Positions 7,677-17,509 of a DNA stretch of 62,866 bases are shown piece by piece (the stretch's first letter is position 1; each line of letters starts with the position of its first letter). The position numbers were made by a program, and so were the translations under genes. The DNA comes from an uncultured Acidimicrobiales bacterium (lineage in GTDB: Bacteria; Actinomycetota; Acidimicrobiia; Acidimicrobiales; SZUA-35), in the NCBI GenBank assembly GCA_938009905.1, contig CALLGK010000284.1:1-62866 (forward strand), in the 5' to 3' direction. A model generated the notes under the pieces. The model was not told where the DNA came from. It did not search any database and was given only the letters and a program-made list of their open reading frames with translations.

Positions 7677-8810
7677 GCGCTTGAGAACCTTGTGGTAACC
7701 GAGGTGACGATTCCCAACCACGCGTAGGCGCCCGCCTGGTACGAGCACCCGATGAGCGTCGCGAAACATAGCGCGAGCAGTGTCATCGGTGCGGCTTTGC
7801 TGGGCATGAAACGGCGGGTTGTTCAGCACCACGTCAACGGAACCGTTGGGCAGAAACGACAGCGTGTGCGCGGCCCGTACGTCTGTGATCGCATCGAGGC
7901 CCCAGCCAAACGCGTTGAGTCGAGCCGACGTTGCTGCGTGGTACGACTCGTCAACCAGCGTGAGGATGCCGACGTCGTGAGCAAGGGCGAGAGATAACCC
8001 CAGCACACCATTGCCACAACCAAGGTCGAGCACCCGGGCACCGGAGTCGACGGCAGGCAGATGATCGAGCATCACTCGCGTACCGATATCGAGCCGCCCT
8101 CGGGAAAACACGTTGGCCAGCTCGATGACCTCTCGCCCGCTCTCGTCGAGATAGCGAGACGGAAAAGGATTCTCGCCAACGTCAAGACCGGGATCGAGCG
8201 AGGCGTGGATGAGGCGGGCCTTCTTCTTGGCGAGCGACGTCGGCGACGGGCCGATGATCGACTCGAACAGTTCGATCGTGGACGTGTGGATCGCCTTCAC
8301 CATTCCGGCCCCAACGACAACCGACTCGGCGTGTAGCAACGGACGAAGAAGTCGAAGCTGGTCTTCGAGCAGGGCCAGCGATCGTGGAATCTTGATGACA
8401 GCAACATCGATTGGACCACCGGGAGCATCCATGCTGGGCACGCGCTCGATAGCTGACGGGTCGAGTCCGTTGCGTTCCAGGTTTGCCACCGTGGCTGTAT
8501 GCGACACGACTGAGTCGCCCCACGAGGCAGGTGTTTTGGCGTGGAGCGCGACGGAGAGTGCACCGAACAGATCGTTGACGACCAGCCACCGACCTGGCTC
8601 GCCTCGGCGTGCCGGAAGGTCCGCGTCGTTGAGGTACTGCAACACATACTCATCGGCGGCATCCCACGCCCGCAGTGGCGAGTCGCCGTGATGCGGCAAG
8701 CGCCGAAGCTCGATTTCGCCGTTCGGTGCCGCCCATCGAGTCTCCGCCCCCATGGGGACGAAGCTATCCCCGCTCGTTCCCATCGTGGTTCGAACCCCGA
8801 GTTGGCGCAC
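7599..8810 (-). CDS. Class I SAM-dependent methyltransferase, RsmC/RlmG-type rRNA (guanine-N2) methyltransferase-like
   Basis: SAM motif I VLDLGCGNGVLGLSLA and motif IV VLNNPPFH. Two-lobed length of about 400 aa. Start codon uncertain. Confidence 0.8.
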   Translation of the reverse strand: MRQLGVRTTMGTSGDSFVPMGAETRWAAPNGEIELRRLPHHGDSPLRAWDAADEYVLQYLNDADLPARRGEPGRWLVVNDLFGALSVALHAKTPASWGDSVVSHTATVANLERNGLDPSAIERVPSMDAPGGPIDVAVIKIPRSLALLEDQLRLLRPLLHAESVVVGAGMVKAIHTSTIELFESIIGPSPTSLAKKKARLIHASLDPGLDVGENPFPSRYLDESGREVIELANVFSRGRLDIGTRVMLDHLPAVDSGARVLDLGCGNGVLGLSLALAHDVGILTLVDESYHAATSARLNAFGWGLDAITDVRAAHTLSFLPNGSVDVVLNNPPFHAQQSRTDDTARAMFRDAHRVLVPGGRLRVVGNRHLGYHKVLKRLFGNCDVVGSSPKFVVLEAVRRKEK

Positions 8811-8842
8811 GTCGCACCACAGAATCGACCAGACTGGTAGCT

Positions 8843-8989
8843 GTGAACCCCGTCATCACCGCAATCATCGTCGGCGCTGTCACCATGTACGTGGCCTTCA
8901 AAGTGCTCAAGTTCGCACTCAAGATGGCGTTCTTTGCCGCAGTGGGCGTTGCCGCCTTTGCGGCCTACGTCACCTACGCCGCCGGTTAG
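8843..8989 (+). CDS. Small hypothetical membrane protein (48 aa)
   Basis: GTG 8843 within ORF 8675-8989 gives VNPVITAIIVGAVTMYVAFKVLKFALKMAFFAAVGVAAFAAYVTYAAG, with two hydrophobic helices. The upstream part of the ORF is antisense to the methyltransferase. Confidence 0.35.
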   Translation: MNPVITAIIVGAVTMYVAFKVLKFALKMAFFAAVGVAAFAAYVTYAAG

Positions 8990-8992
8990 CCG

Positions 8993-9166
8993 CTACTTGC
9001 CCACCTCGTATCGGTAGATCGAGCGTGGTCCAGCCTCGAGCACGAGCTGCTCGAGTCTGCGACGAGCAGCGCGGCGAGTCGCAAAGAACATCGGAAAACC
9101 GCCGTCACCGACAACCTCTGTGTCGTCGACGCGCGAGAAGCATCGGATGGCGTACCGAGTGAACAT
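8993..9166 (-). CDS. Hypothetical small protein (57 aa)
   Basis: Own translation (below the ORF-track length cutoff): MFTRYAIRCFSRVDDTEVVGDGGFPMFFATRRAARRRLEQLVLEAGPRSIYRYEVGK. Coding-like third-position GC. No Shine-Dalgarno and no recognised family. Confidence 0.2.
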   Translation of the reverse strand: MFTRYAIRCFSRVDDTEVVGDGGFPMFFATRRAARRRLEQLVLEAGPRSIYRYEVGK

Positions 9167-9268
9167 GGAGAGGAAGGAGTCGATTGGTGGCTCGGGCGCA
9201 AAACCACCGTTCGCGGGAATGACTCACCCTCAAGCTTGTCAGCTTCTGCCGTTCAGCTGGTGAACTGT

Positions 9269-10129
9269 CTAGCCGCAGGGGCTGATGAGCAGGTCGGGTG
9301 CGCTCAGCCCAGCGGCGTGAATTCGATCGCGCATCGCCACGATGTCGACGTAGCTGCTCATGAAGTTCACACGTGACTTGGCCGACGGCGGCACCGGCAC
9401 AGACAGGATGTAGGCCGCAAACGAGTCAGCGAAGTCCTCGCCGGGATTCGTCGCTGAATACTCGCCGATGAAGCCCGGATCATTCGCGCAACGTCTTGCG
9501 GCCTCACCAGGGTCTCGATACGCAAGCTCAAGCGCGTCGATCTCACGATCAGGCCAGAACTGATAGGTCCACGTCGCCAAGTAGTTGTTCCAGCCGGCGC
9601 AACCATAGAGATTTTCGTCACCCAGGCAATCGATCGTCGGCACCCGTTCGCCGCTCCACGGATTCGACTCGTGGTTCGTAAACACGTGCGCCAACTCGTG
9701 GGCCACCACAAAACGCAACGACTGAGGGTGGGCCCGGGCCGTCGAGCGCTCAATGGCAATCATGAACTCAGATCCTTCAGCATCAATCTGCTGGGTGTAG
9801 CCGGCGTACTGACCGTCGTAGATTGCGAAGGCGGTGATGCTGGCTCGCTCGATTGGCGTTGTGATGTTGGCGAGCGATCGCCATGCCGTGAATAGATCGT
9901 TGTCACTCGTTCCGTGGCACAAATCGGTGATCTCGCCGTCCTCGACCAAGTAGATGGCTGCGATCGGTCCGAACCCTTCACCGAGACTTTGTGGATCGCA
10001 TGGGTCGAGAGCTGCGGTGCTTGTGCCGTTGAATCGAGTCACGATGAAGGCAAACGCCAACAGCGCAATCGTTGCCACGACGACAGGGTTGACCGTTTTC
10101 GGAGAACCCTCCGTTTTGGGCGCAGTCAC
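9269..10129 (-). CDS. Membrane-anchored putative zinc metalloprotease
   Basis: N-terminal TM anchor VVVATIALLAFAFIV and an HExxH motif in VVAHELAHVF. No closer family recognised. Confidence 0.6.
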   Translation of the reverse strand: MTAPKTEGSPKTVNPVVVATIALLAFAFIVTRFNGTSTAALDPCDPQSLGEGFGPIAAIYLVEDGEITDLCHGTSDNDLFTAWRSLANITTPIERASITAFAIYDGQYAGYTQQIDAEGSEFMIAIERSTARAHPQSLRFVVAHELAHVFTNHESNPWSGERVPTIDCLGDENLYGCAGWNNYLATWTYQFWPDREIDALELAYRDPGEAARRCANDPGFIGEYSATNPGEDFADSFAAYILSVPVPPSAKSRVNFMSSYVDIVAMRDRIHAAGLSAPDLLISPCG

Positions 10130-10252
10130 CTTCGTTGGTTCGACCTATTTTTCCGGTGCCTTGAGCCCCGCGTTGGCTCAACGACGGTGTTGGCTCAACG
10201 ACAGCGCTGACACAACGACCGTGATGCCGATGTCGGGTGCTAGAACCGTTCC

Positions 10253-12052
10253 ATGACCAACGACGTGCCTGTCACCCTTCGTTCGAGCGACTGGTTCAAC
10301 AATCCGAACGATCCGGCCATGACCGCGCTCTACCTCGAGCGCTACATCAACTACGGCCTGACTCGCGAGGAGTTGCAATCGGGCAAGCCCATCATCGGTA
10401 TTGCCCAGACGGGGTCAGACCTCTCGCCCTGCAACCGACACCACCTGGATCTTGCGAATCGGGTGAGAGAGGGCATTCGAGAAGCGGGCGGCATTTGTTT
10501 TGAGTTTCCCGTGCATCCCATTCAAGAGACTGGCAAGCGGCCGACCGCGGCGCTCGACCGCAACCTCGCCTACCTCGGGCTCGTCGAGGTCCTGCAGGGC
10601 TATCCACTCGATGGGGTGGTGCTCACCGTTGGCTGCGACAAGACGACGCCGGCATGCCTGATGGCGGCGGCCACCGTGAACGTCCCAGCCATCGCATTGT
10701 CGGTCGGCCCCATGCTCAATGGCTGGCACCAAGGTGAACGAACGGGCTCTGGCACCATCGTGTGGAAGGCCAGAGAATTGCATGCGGCTGGCGAACTCGA
10801 CGACGCAGGCTTCGCCGACCTCGTTGCCACCTCGGTCACATCGACGGGTTACTGCTCGACCATGGGCACCGCGACAACGATGAACTCGTTGAGCGAGGCA
10901 CTCGGCATGCAGTTGCCGGGCTCGGCTGCTATCCCGGCCCCGTACCGCGAGCGGGCTCAGATGGCATACCGCACCGGCCTTCGCATCGTTGATCTTGTGA
11001 AGCAAGACGTGCGCCCGTCAGACGTGATGACCCGCGAAGCTTTTGAGAACGCCATCGTCGTGAACTCGGCCATCGGTGGCTCAACGAATGCGCCGATTCA
11101 CCTCAACGCCATCGCTCGCCACGTCGGCGTCGACCTCACCAACGACGATTGGCAAGACATCGGCCTCGACATCCCGATGATCGTGAACATGCAACCCACC
11201 GGCGAGTACCTCGGCGAGGACTACTTCCACGCCGGCGGTGTTCCCGTTGTGGTCGCTGAGCTGATGAAGAGCGGCCTTCTCCCCCACCCGGATGCCATGA
11301 CGGTCAGCGGCTCGACCATCGGCGAGAACTGCGACGGCGTCGAGAACGCCGACCCAAAGGTGATCAGGCCCGCAACCGATCCGATGATGGAACGAGCGGG
11401 ATTCGTCCACCTCTCTGGCAATCTCTTCGACTCAGCCATCATGAAGACAAGCGGTATCTCTGCCGAGTTTCGAGATCGCTACTTGTCAGACCCCGAGCAT
11501 CCGAACGCCTTTGTCGGGAGGGCGATCGTGTTTGATGGCCCCGAGGACTATCACGACCGCATCGACGACCCCACGCTCGCGATCGACGAGCACTGCATGC
11601 TCATTGTGCGCGGCACGGGCCCCATCGGGTACCCGGGCGGGGCTGAAGTGGTCAACATGCAACCGCCTGCAGCACTGCTGGTGCAGGGCGTGCACTCACT
11701 GCCGTGTATTGGTGACGGCAGGCAATCGGGCACCTCAGGTTCGCCGTCGATCTTGAATGCAGCACCGGAGGCTGCTGCTGGCGGAGGACTCGCACTCCTA
11801 CAAACCGGCGACCAGATCCGCATCGACCTCAACATCGGCACCGCAAACATGCTCGTTTCCGACGACGAGCTCGCCGAGCGAGCGGCCGCGCTCGAGGCAG
11901 CCGGCGGCTACGCCTACCCCGAAAGCCACACACCTTGGCAGGCGATTCAGCGAAGCATGGTGAGCCAGTTCGACGACGGCATGGTGCTCAAACCGGCGGT
12001 CGAGTTTCAAGACACCTCACGCGTGCACGGCACGCCCCGCCACAACCACTAG
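10253..12052 (+). CDS. IlvD/Edd family dehydratase (sugar-acid/dihydroxy-acid dehydratase)
   Basis: 599 aa with family hallmarks [13 protein letters not shown] and [18 protein letters not shown]. The N-terminus ([21 protein letters not shown]) resembles pentonate dehydratases more than IlvD proper (inference). Confidence 0.85.
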   Translation: MTNDVPVTLRSSDWFNNPNDPAMTALYLERYINYGLTREELQSGKPIIGIAQTGSDLSPCNRHHLDLANRVREGIREAGGICFEFPVHPIQETGKRPTAALDRNLAYLGLVEVLQGYPLDGVVLTVGCDKTTPACLMAAATVNVPAIALSVGPMLNGWHQGERTGSGTIVWKARELHAAGELDDAGFADLVATSVTSTGYCSTMGTATTMNSLSEALGMQLPGSAAIPAPYRERAQMAYRTGLRIVDLVKQDVRPSDVMTREAFENAIVVNSAIGGSTNAPIHLNAIARHVGVDLTNDDWQDIGLDIPMIVNMQPTGEYLGEDYFHAGGVPVVVAELMKSGLLPHPDAMTVSGSTIGENCDGVENADPKVIRPATDPMMERAGFVHLSGNLFDSAIMKTSGISAEFRDRYLSDPEHPNAFVGRAIVFDGPEDYHDRIDDPTLAIDEHCMLIVRGTGPIGYPGGAEVVNMQPPAALLVQGVHSLPCIGDGRQSGTSGSPSILNAAPEAAAGGGLALLQTGDQIRIDLNIGTANMLVSDDELAERAAALEAAGGYAYPESHTPWQAIQRSMVSQFDDGMVLKPAVEFQDTSRVHGTPRHNH

Positions 12053-12079
12053 AACACCGGCACGAGGCAGAACCCGAAA

Positions 12080-13291
12080 CTAGGCAATGACACCGGCATC
12101 AATGTGGGCCTGTATCTGCTCTGGCGTCAGGCCAGCAGAAGCCAACACCTCTGCAGTGTGCTCACCAACTGCTGGCGCCGGACCGCGCGGGCCGATGTCG
12201 GCGTTGGCAATACGCATCGGAACACGAACGGAGCGGTAGGCCCCACGATCAGGGTGCTCGATCGTTGGGAAGAGGCCGATGGCCTCGGCCTGCGGATCAA
12301 CCACCACCTCGTGGAGCGACAGGGCCGGGCCCCAGATCAGCTTGTGCTCATCGAAGATTGAAGCCCACTCATCGCGACTCTTGGTGGCCAAGGCGCCGTC
12401 GATGGCCTCAACCAGCTCAGCCATGTTGTCGAACCGGTCCTTGATGGTCTGCAACCGCGGATCGTCGAGCAGATGCTCGGTCCCAATGGCTCGACACATG
12501 CGACCCCAGGCCGCCTCCTCTGGCATGTTGAAGACAACCCACGAACCATCACCGCAGGGATACCGGTTGGCAGTCGGCACGATCATCTGGTGGCGAGCTC
12601 GGCGCCGCACCGGCGCCCGATCGGTAGCGGTCACGCCATAGTCCGTCGCCTGGCTCCACACGGCGGCCTCGAGCAGCGAGGTCTCGATCACCTGCCCCTT
12701 GCCAGTTCGCTCGGCCAAACGGAGTGAGGCGAGGATGCCGCTCACCAGAGCGAGGCCCGTGGTGTGATCGCCTTGGGCTGGCCGAGCATTTGGCACGATG
12801 CCATCCGCACCTTCGCGCATCGAGTCGTAGAGCCCCGAGCGGCCGAAGAAGGCCGTGACGTCAAACCCCGGTCGCCACGACTCCGGACCTCCCGTGCCAT
12901 ACCCGGTGATGGTGCCGTGCACGAGCTTTGGGTTTGAGCCCCACAGCGTTTCCGGGTCGAGACCGAACTTGGCCTGGCGCTGCGGCAGCAGGTTGCAGAG
13001 GAAGATGTCTGCCCCCTCACACAGCGTCCTCACCAGCGCAGCTCCATCATCCGAGGCCAAGTCGACGGCGATTGAACGCTTACCTCGGTTGTCGACGTCG
13101 AAGGCGAAGTCGTAGCCCTTCAGGGGCCCATCAACCTTGGCCGGCCGGTTGGTACCTCGCATCGGATCGCCGCCAAGCGGTTCGACCTTGATCACCTCGG
13201 CCCCAAGGTCAGCCAAGATGGCTCCGGCACTCGGCGCAGCCATCCAGCTATCGACTTCAATGACACGGAGATCGTCAAGGGGTGCCGTCAT
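12080..13291 (-). CDS. Family III CoA-transferase (CaiB/BaiF)
   Basis: ATG 13291 gives MTAPLDDLRVIEVDSWMAAPSAGAILADLGAEVIKVEPLGGDPMRG, the typical family III N-terminus. The longer ORF to 13507 is an Arg/Ser-rich extension. Confidence 0.85.
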   Translation of the reverse strand: MTAPLDDLRVIEVDSWMAAPSAGAILADLGAEVIKVEPLGGDPMRGTNRPAKVDGPLKGYDFAFDVDNRGKRSIAVDLASDDGAALVRTLCEGADIFLCNLLPQRQAKFGLDPETLWGSNPKLVHGTITGYGTGGPESWRPGFDVTAFFGRSGLYDSMREGADGIVPNARPAQGDHTTGLALVSGILASLRLAERTGKGQVIETSLLEAAVWSQATDYGVTATDRAPVRRRARHQMIVPTANRYPCGDGSWVVFNMPEEAAWGRMCRAIGTEHLLDDPRLQTIKDRFDNMAELVEAIDGALATKSRDEWASIFDEHKLIWGPALSLHEVVVDPQAEAIGLFPTIEHPDRGAYRSVRVPMRIANADIGPRGPAPAVGEHTAEVLASAGLTPEQIQAHIDAGVIA

Positions 13292-13361
13292 AGGAGTCAG
13301 TAGACCGCGCCGGCGGGCCGTCGTCGAGTTCGCCGTTTGGTTTGTGATCCTGCAAACTCCA

Positions 13362-14138
13362 GTGGTGACTACCGATCCGGCCGAATCCCGCACCAACGCC
13401 GATGTGGTGTTCGACGCCGCGCTTCGACAACGACTCGCCACCAATCTGGCCAATCTCGACGTTCGCCAACATCCGCTCGACGGCCGTCGCCACGCGGCCG
13501 TTGGCATCGTGGTGCTCGATAGCGATGCAGACGATCACGGTCACGACGACACCGAGATCGACCGGATCCGCGATCTCTCTGGCATTCCCGGCATCGACGA
13601 TGCAGCCGCCGCCGGGGCCCTCACTGGCAAGGTAACCGGAACCGCGGGCGGCGCCGCCATCTTGCTCACCAGACGAGGATCGAACATGTCGGCCCACGCC
13701 AGACAATGGGCGCTTCCAGGAGGACGCATAGACGACGGTGAGACTCCGCTCGAAGCTGCCCTTCGCGAGATTCACGAAGAAGTCGGACTCGATCTCGACG
13801 AGTCGTCGTTACTCGGCCGACTCGACGACTACCCAACAAGGTCGGGGTACGTGATCTCGCCGTTTGTGTTCTGGGCTGGAGACTCGGCCGAACCCGTCGC
13901 TAATCCGGACGAGGTTGCGTCGATTCACCGCATCTCAATCCGAGAGCTCGCCCGCGACGATTCACCCCGGTTTGTCGATATTCCGGAGAGTTCAAAGCCA
14001 GTGATTCAGGTACCCGTCGGCGGCGACCTGATCCATGCCCCGACGGGCGCAGTGATGTACCAATTCCGAGCGGTTGCCTACGACGGCGACATGATTCGAG
14101 TCGACGAATTCGAACAACCCGTGTTCGCCTGGAAGTAG
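13362..14138 (+). CDS. Nudix hydrolase, CoA pyrophosphatase-like
   Basis: Nudix box GGRIDDGETPLEAALREIHEEVGL. LLTRRGSNMSAHARQWALPGG resembles CoA-pyrophosphatase-type Nudix enzymes. GTG 13362 is chosen because the upstream part of ORF 13137 overlaps the divergent CoA-transferase gene. Start uncertain. Confidence 0.7.
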   Translation: MVTTDPAESRTNADVVFDAALRQRLATNLANLDVRQHPLDGRRHAAVGIVVLDSDADDHGHDDTEIDRIRDLSGIPGIDDAAAAGALTGKVTGTAGGAAILLTRRGSNMSAHARQWALPGGRIDDGETPLEAALREIHEEVGLDLDESSLLGRLDDYPTRSGYVISPFVFWAGDSAEPVANPDEVASIHRISIRELARDDSPRFVDIPESSKPVIQVPVGGDLIHAPTGAVMYQFRAVAYDGDMIRVDEFEQPVFAWK

Positions 14139-14150
14139 CCGATCACTGAT

Positions 14151-15449
14151 GTGAGGGCGATGCGCGCCTTCGCCGCCTGGCCACGCCAAGATAACGAGGT
14201 GGCAACGGGCGTCATGCGTGCCAACTCAATTGCACTACTTGTCGGGCGGCTCATCACGGCCGCCACGACGTTCGCGGTTGCCGTCATGGCGGCCCGTTCA
14301 CTTGGCGAGGAGTTCGGCCGAGTTGCCGCAATCGTCGCCGCCGGGTTCGTTCTGAGCACGTTGCTCGCCTTTGGCAGCGACACGCTCATTGTGCGAGCCA
14401 CTGCTCGAGATCCGCACGGCACGGGCACAGATGTTGCTGGGCCAGTGCTCGCTATGCAACTCGGCATCAGCGCGATTCTCGCTGCGGCAGCCGGCGTTGG
14501 GTATGCCGTCGGTGCTGTGACCGCCGGCGTCGCCATCCAAGCGTTTGTGCTGCTACCGCAAGCTGTCGTGTTTGTCGCCGCAGCCGTGCTTCGAGGACGA
14601 GACGACATGGGCCGGCTCGTCGTTGCGACCGCCGTTGGTGGTGTCGCCGCGGTCGTTGGCACCGCCGTCCTGCTCAACGACGCCAGCGAGGTTTGGGCTC
14701 CCATTGCGGGGCTGGCCATTGGCCATGTGATCACGGCTGCGCTGATGGGCTTCTGGGCTCGCCTACGCCTTCGTCTTCCTGCCTCCATTCACGAGGTCCG
14801 GGCGCTCTTCACGGTTACCTCAGCGTTTGCTGTGATGGTGGCCGCCACCACGGTGTCGACGCATATCGCCGTGGTCATTCTCGGTGGGTTCGGTGTGTTG
14901 GGCGCAGCTGGTTTCGCCGCCGCCACACGATTCGTTGACGCTGCTCGTCTCTTCCCGGCGGCAACCTACAGCGCGGCGTTTCCGTCCATGGCTGATCGCA
15001 TCCATCGACGTCCGACAGCCTTCGATCGGTCTCGACGGCTGCTCTACATCGCCGGTGCGGCCACGATCATCCTCATTGCGGCCGCAGAACCGCTGTCTAC
15101 TGCTGTGTTTGGCGATCTCGACCGAGGCCCCGAGTTGCTACGCATCTTGGCGCTGGGCGTCGTTCCCATTGTCTTACGGCAACGGCTCTCGTTTGAGCTG
15201 ATCGCTGCTGGGCAAGAGAGTCACGTTGCTCGGGCCGCCGCTGGCACCGCCCTCTTCATGGTTGTCGGCTCGCTGCTGACCGTCAGCGCCGGAGCATCAG
15301 GCAACGGCGCTCAGAGCGACGGCACCGTCGTCACGATCGTCGCCTGGCTGCACACCGTGGCGACAATGCTGAACGTCTTGGTGCTTGACCGCTTCAACCG
15401 TCGCCCGGCATCCGCCATGGCGATGAGCCGAGAGCGGGCAAACCGCTAG
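14151..15449 (+). CDS. Polysaccharide-biosynthesis/Wzx-like (MOP superfamily) flippase
   Basis: 432 aa with about 12 hydrophobic segments. Wzx-like N-terminus ANSIALLVGRLITAATTFAVAVMAARSLG. Confidence 0.65.
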   Translation: MRAMRAFAAWPRQDNEVATGVMRANSIALLVGRLITAATTFAVAVMAARSLGEEFGRVAAIVAAGFVLSTLLAFGSDTLIVRATARDPHGTGTDVAGPVLAMQLGISAILAAAAGVGYAVGAVTAGVAIQAFVLLPQAVVFVAAAVLRGRDDMGRLVVATAVGGVAAVVGTAVLLNDASEVWAPIAGLAIGHVITAALMGFWARLRLRLPASIHEVRALFTVTSAFAVMVAATTVSTHIAVVILGGFGVLGAAGFAAATRFVDAARLFPAATYSAAFPSMADRIHRRPTAFDRSRRLLYIAGAATIILIAAAEPLSTAVFGDLDRGPELLRILALGVVPIVLRQRLSFELIAAGQESHVARAAAGTALFMVVGSLLTVSAGASGNGAQSDGTVVTIVAWLHTVATMLNVLVLDRFNRRPASAMAMSRERANR

Positions 15450-16591
15450 AACAAGCGGCGGCCAACCTGAATGATCGACTTGCGCTTCTCGGCGTCTGTC
15501 ACGCTGCGGTGCAGTTGGAACCAGGCAAAGACGGCAGTCGAGCGCAGAAGCTCGGGCACGTCGCCGAGGCGAGGACGTACTTTGTGCTTCTCGAAGCCGG
15601 CGTCGCTCAGGTGTGAGCCGATCAGCTTCTGACTGATCCAGATGTCGGTGTCGGTGAGCTCTTGGGCCTTGGGCTTGGCCATCGAAGAGTTCTTACCGCC
15701 AGCCTGGGTTTTGTTGGCCACGCGGCTGTCGACGAACTTGGCGAGTCGTTCTGCCACTGAATCTGGATCAGTGCGCAGCTCGTCGAAGTCAACGACCTCA
15801 ACCGCTTCGTGCGCCTCAGACTGCTGCACCTCGACGAGCTTGGTGCGGGACGCCTTCCAATAGAGCGAGGTGACCACGGGGTGGAACTGACGAGGATCGC
15901 CGTCACCGCCGCTATGCACCGTGAGGTTCTTGAGCGAGCGCATGATCTCGCGAGGATCACGGATCATCCAGATGAAGCGAGCACCCGGCCACACCGAGCG
16001 GAGCCACTCGACGTGCATGAAGTCTTGGGGAGTCTTGTAGCCCCAGTTGTCGCAGCCGTGGTGCAGGGCCAGCCGAGTCATCCATTCGGCGGTGACTTCG
16101 TGCCACATCGGACCGCGACCACGGAACGTCTCAACCATGGCCGCTTCAAAGAAGTCGATCTCGCTCAACGTGAGGTCGGGGGCCCGGAAGTCGACCTCGA
16201 ACTTCACTCTGGCTCTGGTCTCCCAGGCCAAGCGATCGAGGAACGTCCGAAGCTGTGCATCGCTCAGCGGACCATCAGGATTGATAGCCATCGCCTTTTG
16301 CACGGCGTAGAGATCGTCGAACACATACCAGTTGTCGATCGCCGACAACACATGGGCCAAGAACGACGTTCCGCTGCGGGGAAGTCCAACGACGATCAGG
16401 GGTTGCCCAGCGCCGCGAAGCGCAACGATGGACTCAGTCGCCTCGAGGGGACGTTCAATGTGAGTCGTATCAGCAATAACCACGAACAGCACTCCAAAAC
16501 AGGTTGGTCGCCCCGAGTGCCCGCTCAGAACACTGTAGGTGATGTTGGTATCGGAAAAGCGGACCTCAAGCTGAAGTGTGGATCCACCCAC
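15446..16591 (-). CDS. Sulfotransferase family protein
   Basis: PAPS 5'-phosphosulfate-binding loop IVVGLPRSGTSFLAHVL and downstream RDPREIMRSL. The longest ORF overlaps the divergent NAT gene by 16 nt. The true start is probably internal (for example GTG 16483, VVIADTTHIE...). Confidence 0.7.
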   Translation of the reverse strand: MGGSTLQLEVRFSDTNITYSVLSGHSGRPTCFGVLFVVIADTTHIERPLEATESIVALRGAGQPLIVVGLPRSGTSFLAHVLSAIDNWYVFDDLYAVQKAMAINPDGPLSDAQLRTFLDRLAWETRARVKFEVDFRAPDLTLSEIDFFEAAMVETFRGRGPMWHEVTAEWMTRLALHHGCDNWGYKTPQDFMHVEWLRSVWPGARFIWMIRDPREIMRSLKNLTVHSGGDGDPRQFHPVVTSLYWKASRTKLVEVQQSEAHEAVEVVDFDELRTDPDSVAERLAKFVDSRVANKTQAGGKNSSMAKPKAQELTDTDIWISQKLIGSHLSDAGFEKHKVRPRLGDVPELLRSTAVFAWFQLHRSVTDAEKRKSIIQVGRRLF

Positions 16592-17424
16592 TATTACAGC
16601 TGGGTAACGGACCGCTATCGTTCGCCCACATCGACGTCTCCAGCTATCTGAAGCGAATTCGGTACGAGGGTTCTCTCGAACCAGATCTACGAACCCTCAC
16701 AAGGTTGCAGTTGTGTCACATGCAGACGGTTCCGTTCGAGAACCTCGACGTGGTGGCTGGCATCCATGTTCGGACCGACGTGGCGTGGTCTCTGCCCAAG
16801 GTGGTCGACCGCCATCGAGGAGGATGGTGCTTTGAGCTCAACGGCGCATTCGGCGCACTCCTCAGCGAGTTGGGCTTTGAGGTGCGCCAGTTCGGTGCGG
16901 CGGTGCTGCTTGATGGCCCGTCGGTCGTCGTTGATCACCTTTGCCTCGAAGTGACGGTCGACGGACGTCCGCTGCTGGTCGATGTCGGCTTTGGCGACAG
17001 CTTCACCAACCCTCTCGTCCTCAATGACGGTGACGAACAAGATGGTGGTGCCGGCACCTTCCAGTTCGTCCCGAGCCCGCAAGGCACCACATTGGCCAGG
17101 ATCGTCGATGGTGTGCCAGAGGCTCAGTATCGATTCAAGCGGGTGCACCACGACGTGGCTGAGTTCAGCGCCATCTCCGAACAGCTGAGGACTGATCCGG
17201 ACAAGCACTGGAAGCACAAACCGTTCGCTACCCGCGTGATCGATGAGCCAGGCAGTCGGGTCACGCTTACGCACGACACGCTCAAGGTGGTGCGACCAGA
17301 CGAACGGACCGAGACGCCGGTCAGCGCGGCCGACTGGGCAGACACGTTGCGTGAGTGGTTTGCCATGACCCCGCCAATAGGCGTCAGCGGGTCGAGCTCA
17401 GACCACGAGGAACCGCGCGGATAG
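16576..17424 (+). CDS. Arylamine N-acetyltransferase (NAT)
   Basis: YLKRIRYEG, PFENLDV and RGGWCFELNGAF (catalytic Cys) in the characteristic NAT order. GTG start. Confidence 0.85.
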   Translation: MWIHPLLQLGNGPLSFAHIDVSSYLKRIRYEGSLEPDLRTLTRLQLCHMQTVPFENLDVVAGIHVRTDVAWSLPKVVDRHRGGWCFELNGAFGALLSELGFEVRQFGAAVLLDGPSVVVDHLCLEVTVDGRPLLVDVGFGDSFTNPLVLNDGDEQDGGAGTFQFVPSPQGTTLARIVDGVPEAQYRFKRVHHDVAEFSAISEQLRTDPDKHWKHKPFATRVIDEPGSRVTLTHDTLKVVRPDERTETPVSAADWADTLREWFAMTPPIGVSGSSSDHEEPRG

Positions 17425-17486
17425 TTCCATGAGTTGTTGACTCGCCTCCTTCGTCGGCGAAACAAAACGAAACCATCACATTGGTC

Positions 17487-17506
17487 GGTGCGCCTGTCGG
17501 CGCACC
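17487..17506. terminator. GC-rich hairpin between convergent genes (putative bidirectional terminator)
   Basis: GGTGCGCC-tgtc-GGCGCACC, a perfect 8-bp stem, lies 3 nt beyond the E1 stop. On the minus strand a T-rich run (GGTTTCGTTTTGTTTCG) follows about 12 nt later. There is no tight U-tract. Confidence 0.4.
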
Positions 17507-17509
17507 TCC

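Noticed and set aside
8787-8798. GGTTCGAACCCC, a tRNA T-loop-like string.
   Set aside because: No matching acceptor stem, D-arm or anticodon arm can be drawn in the flanks on either strand. It lies inside the methyltransferase reading frame.
13137-13361. Long N-terminal extension of the Nudix ORF.
   Set aside because: It overlaps the 5' end of the divergent CoA-transferase gene and has shadow-frame composition. An internal GTG start is preferred.
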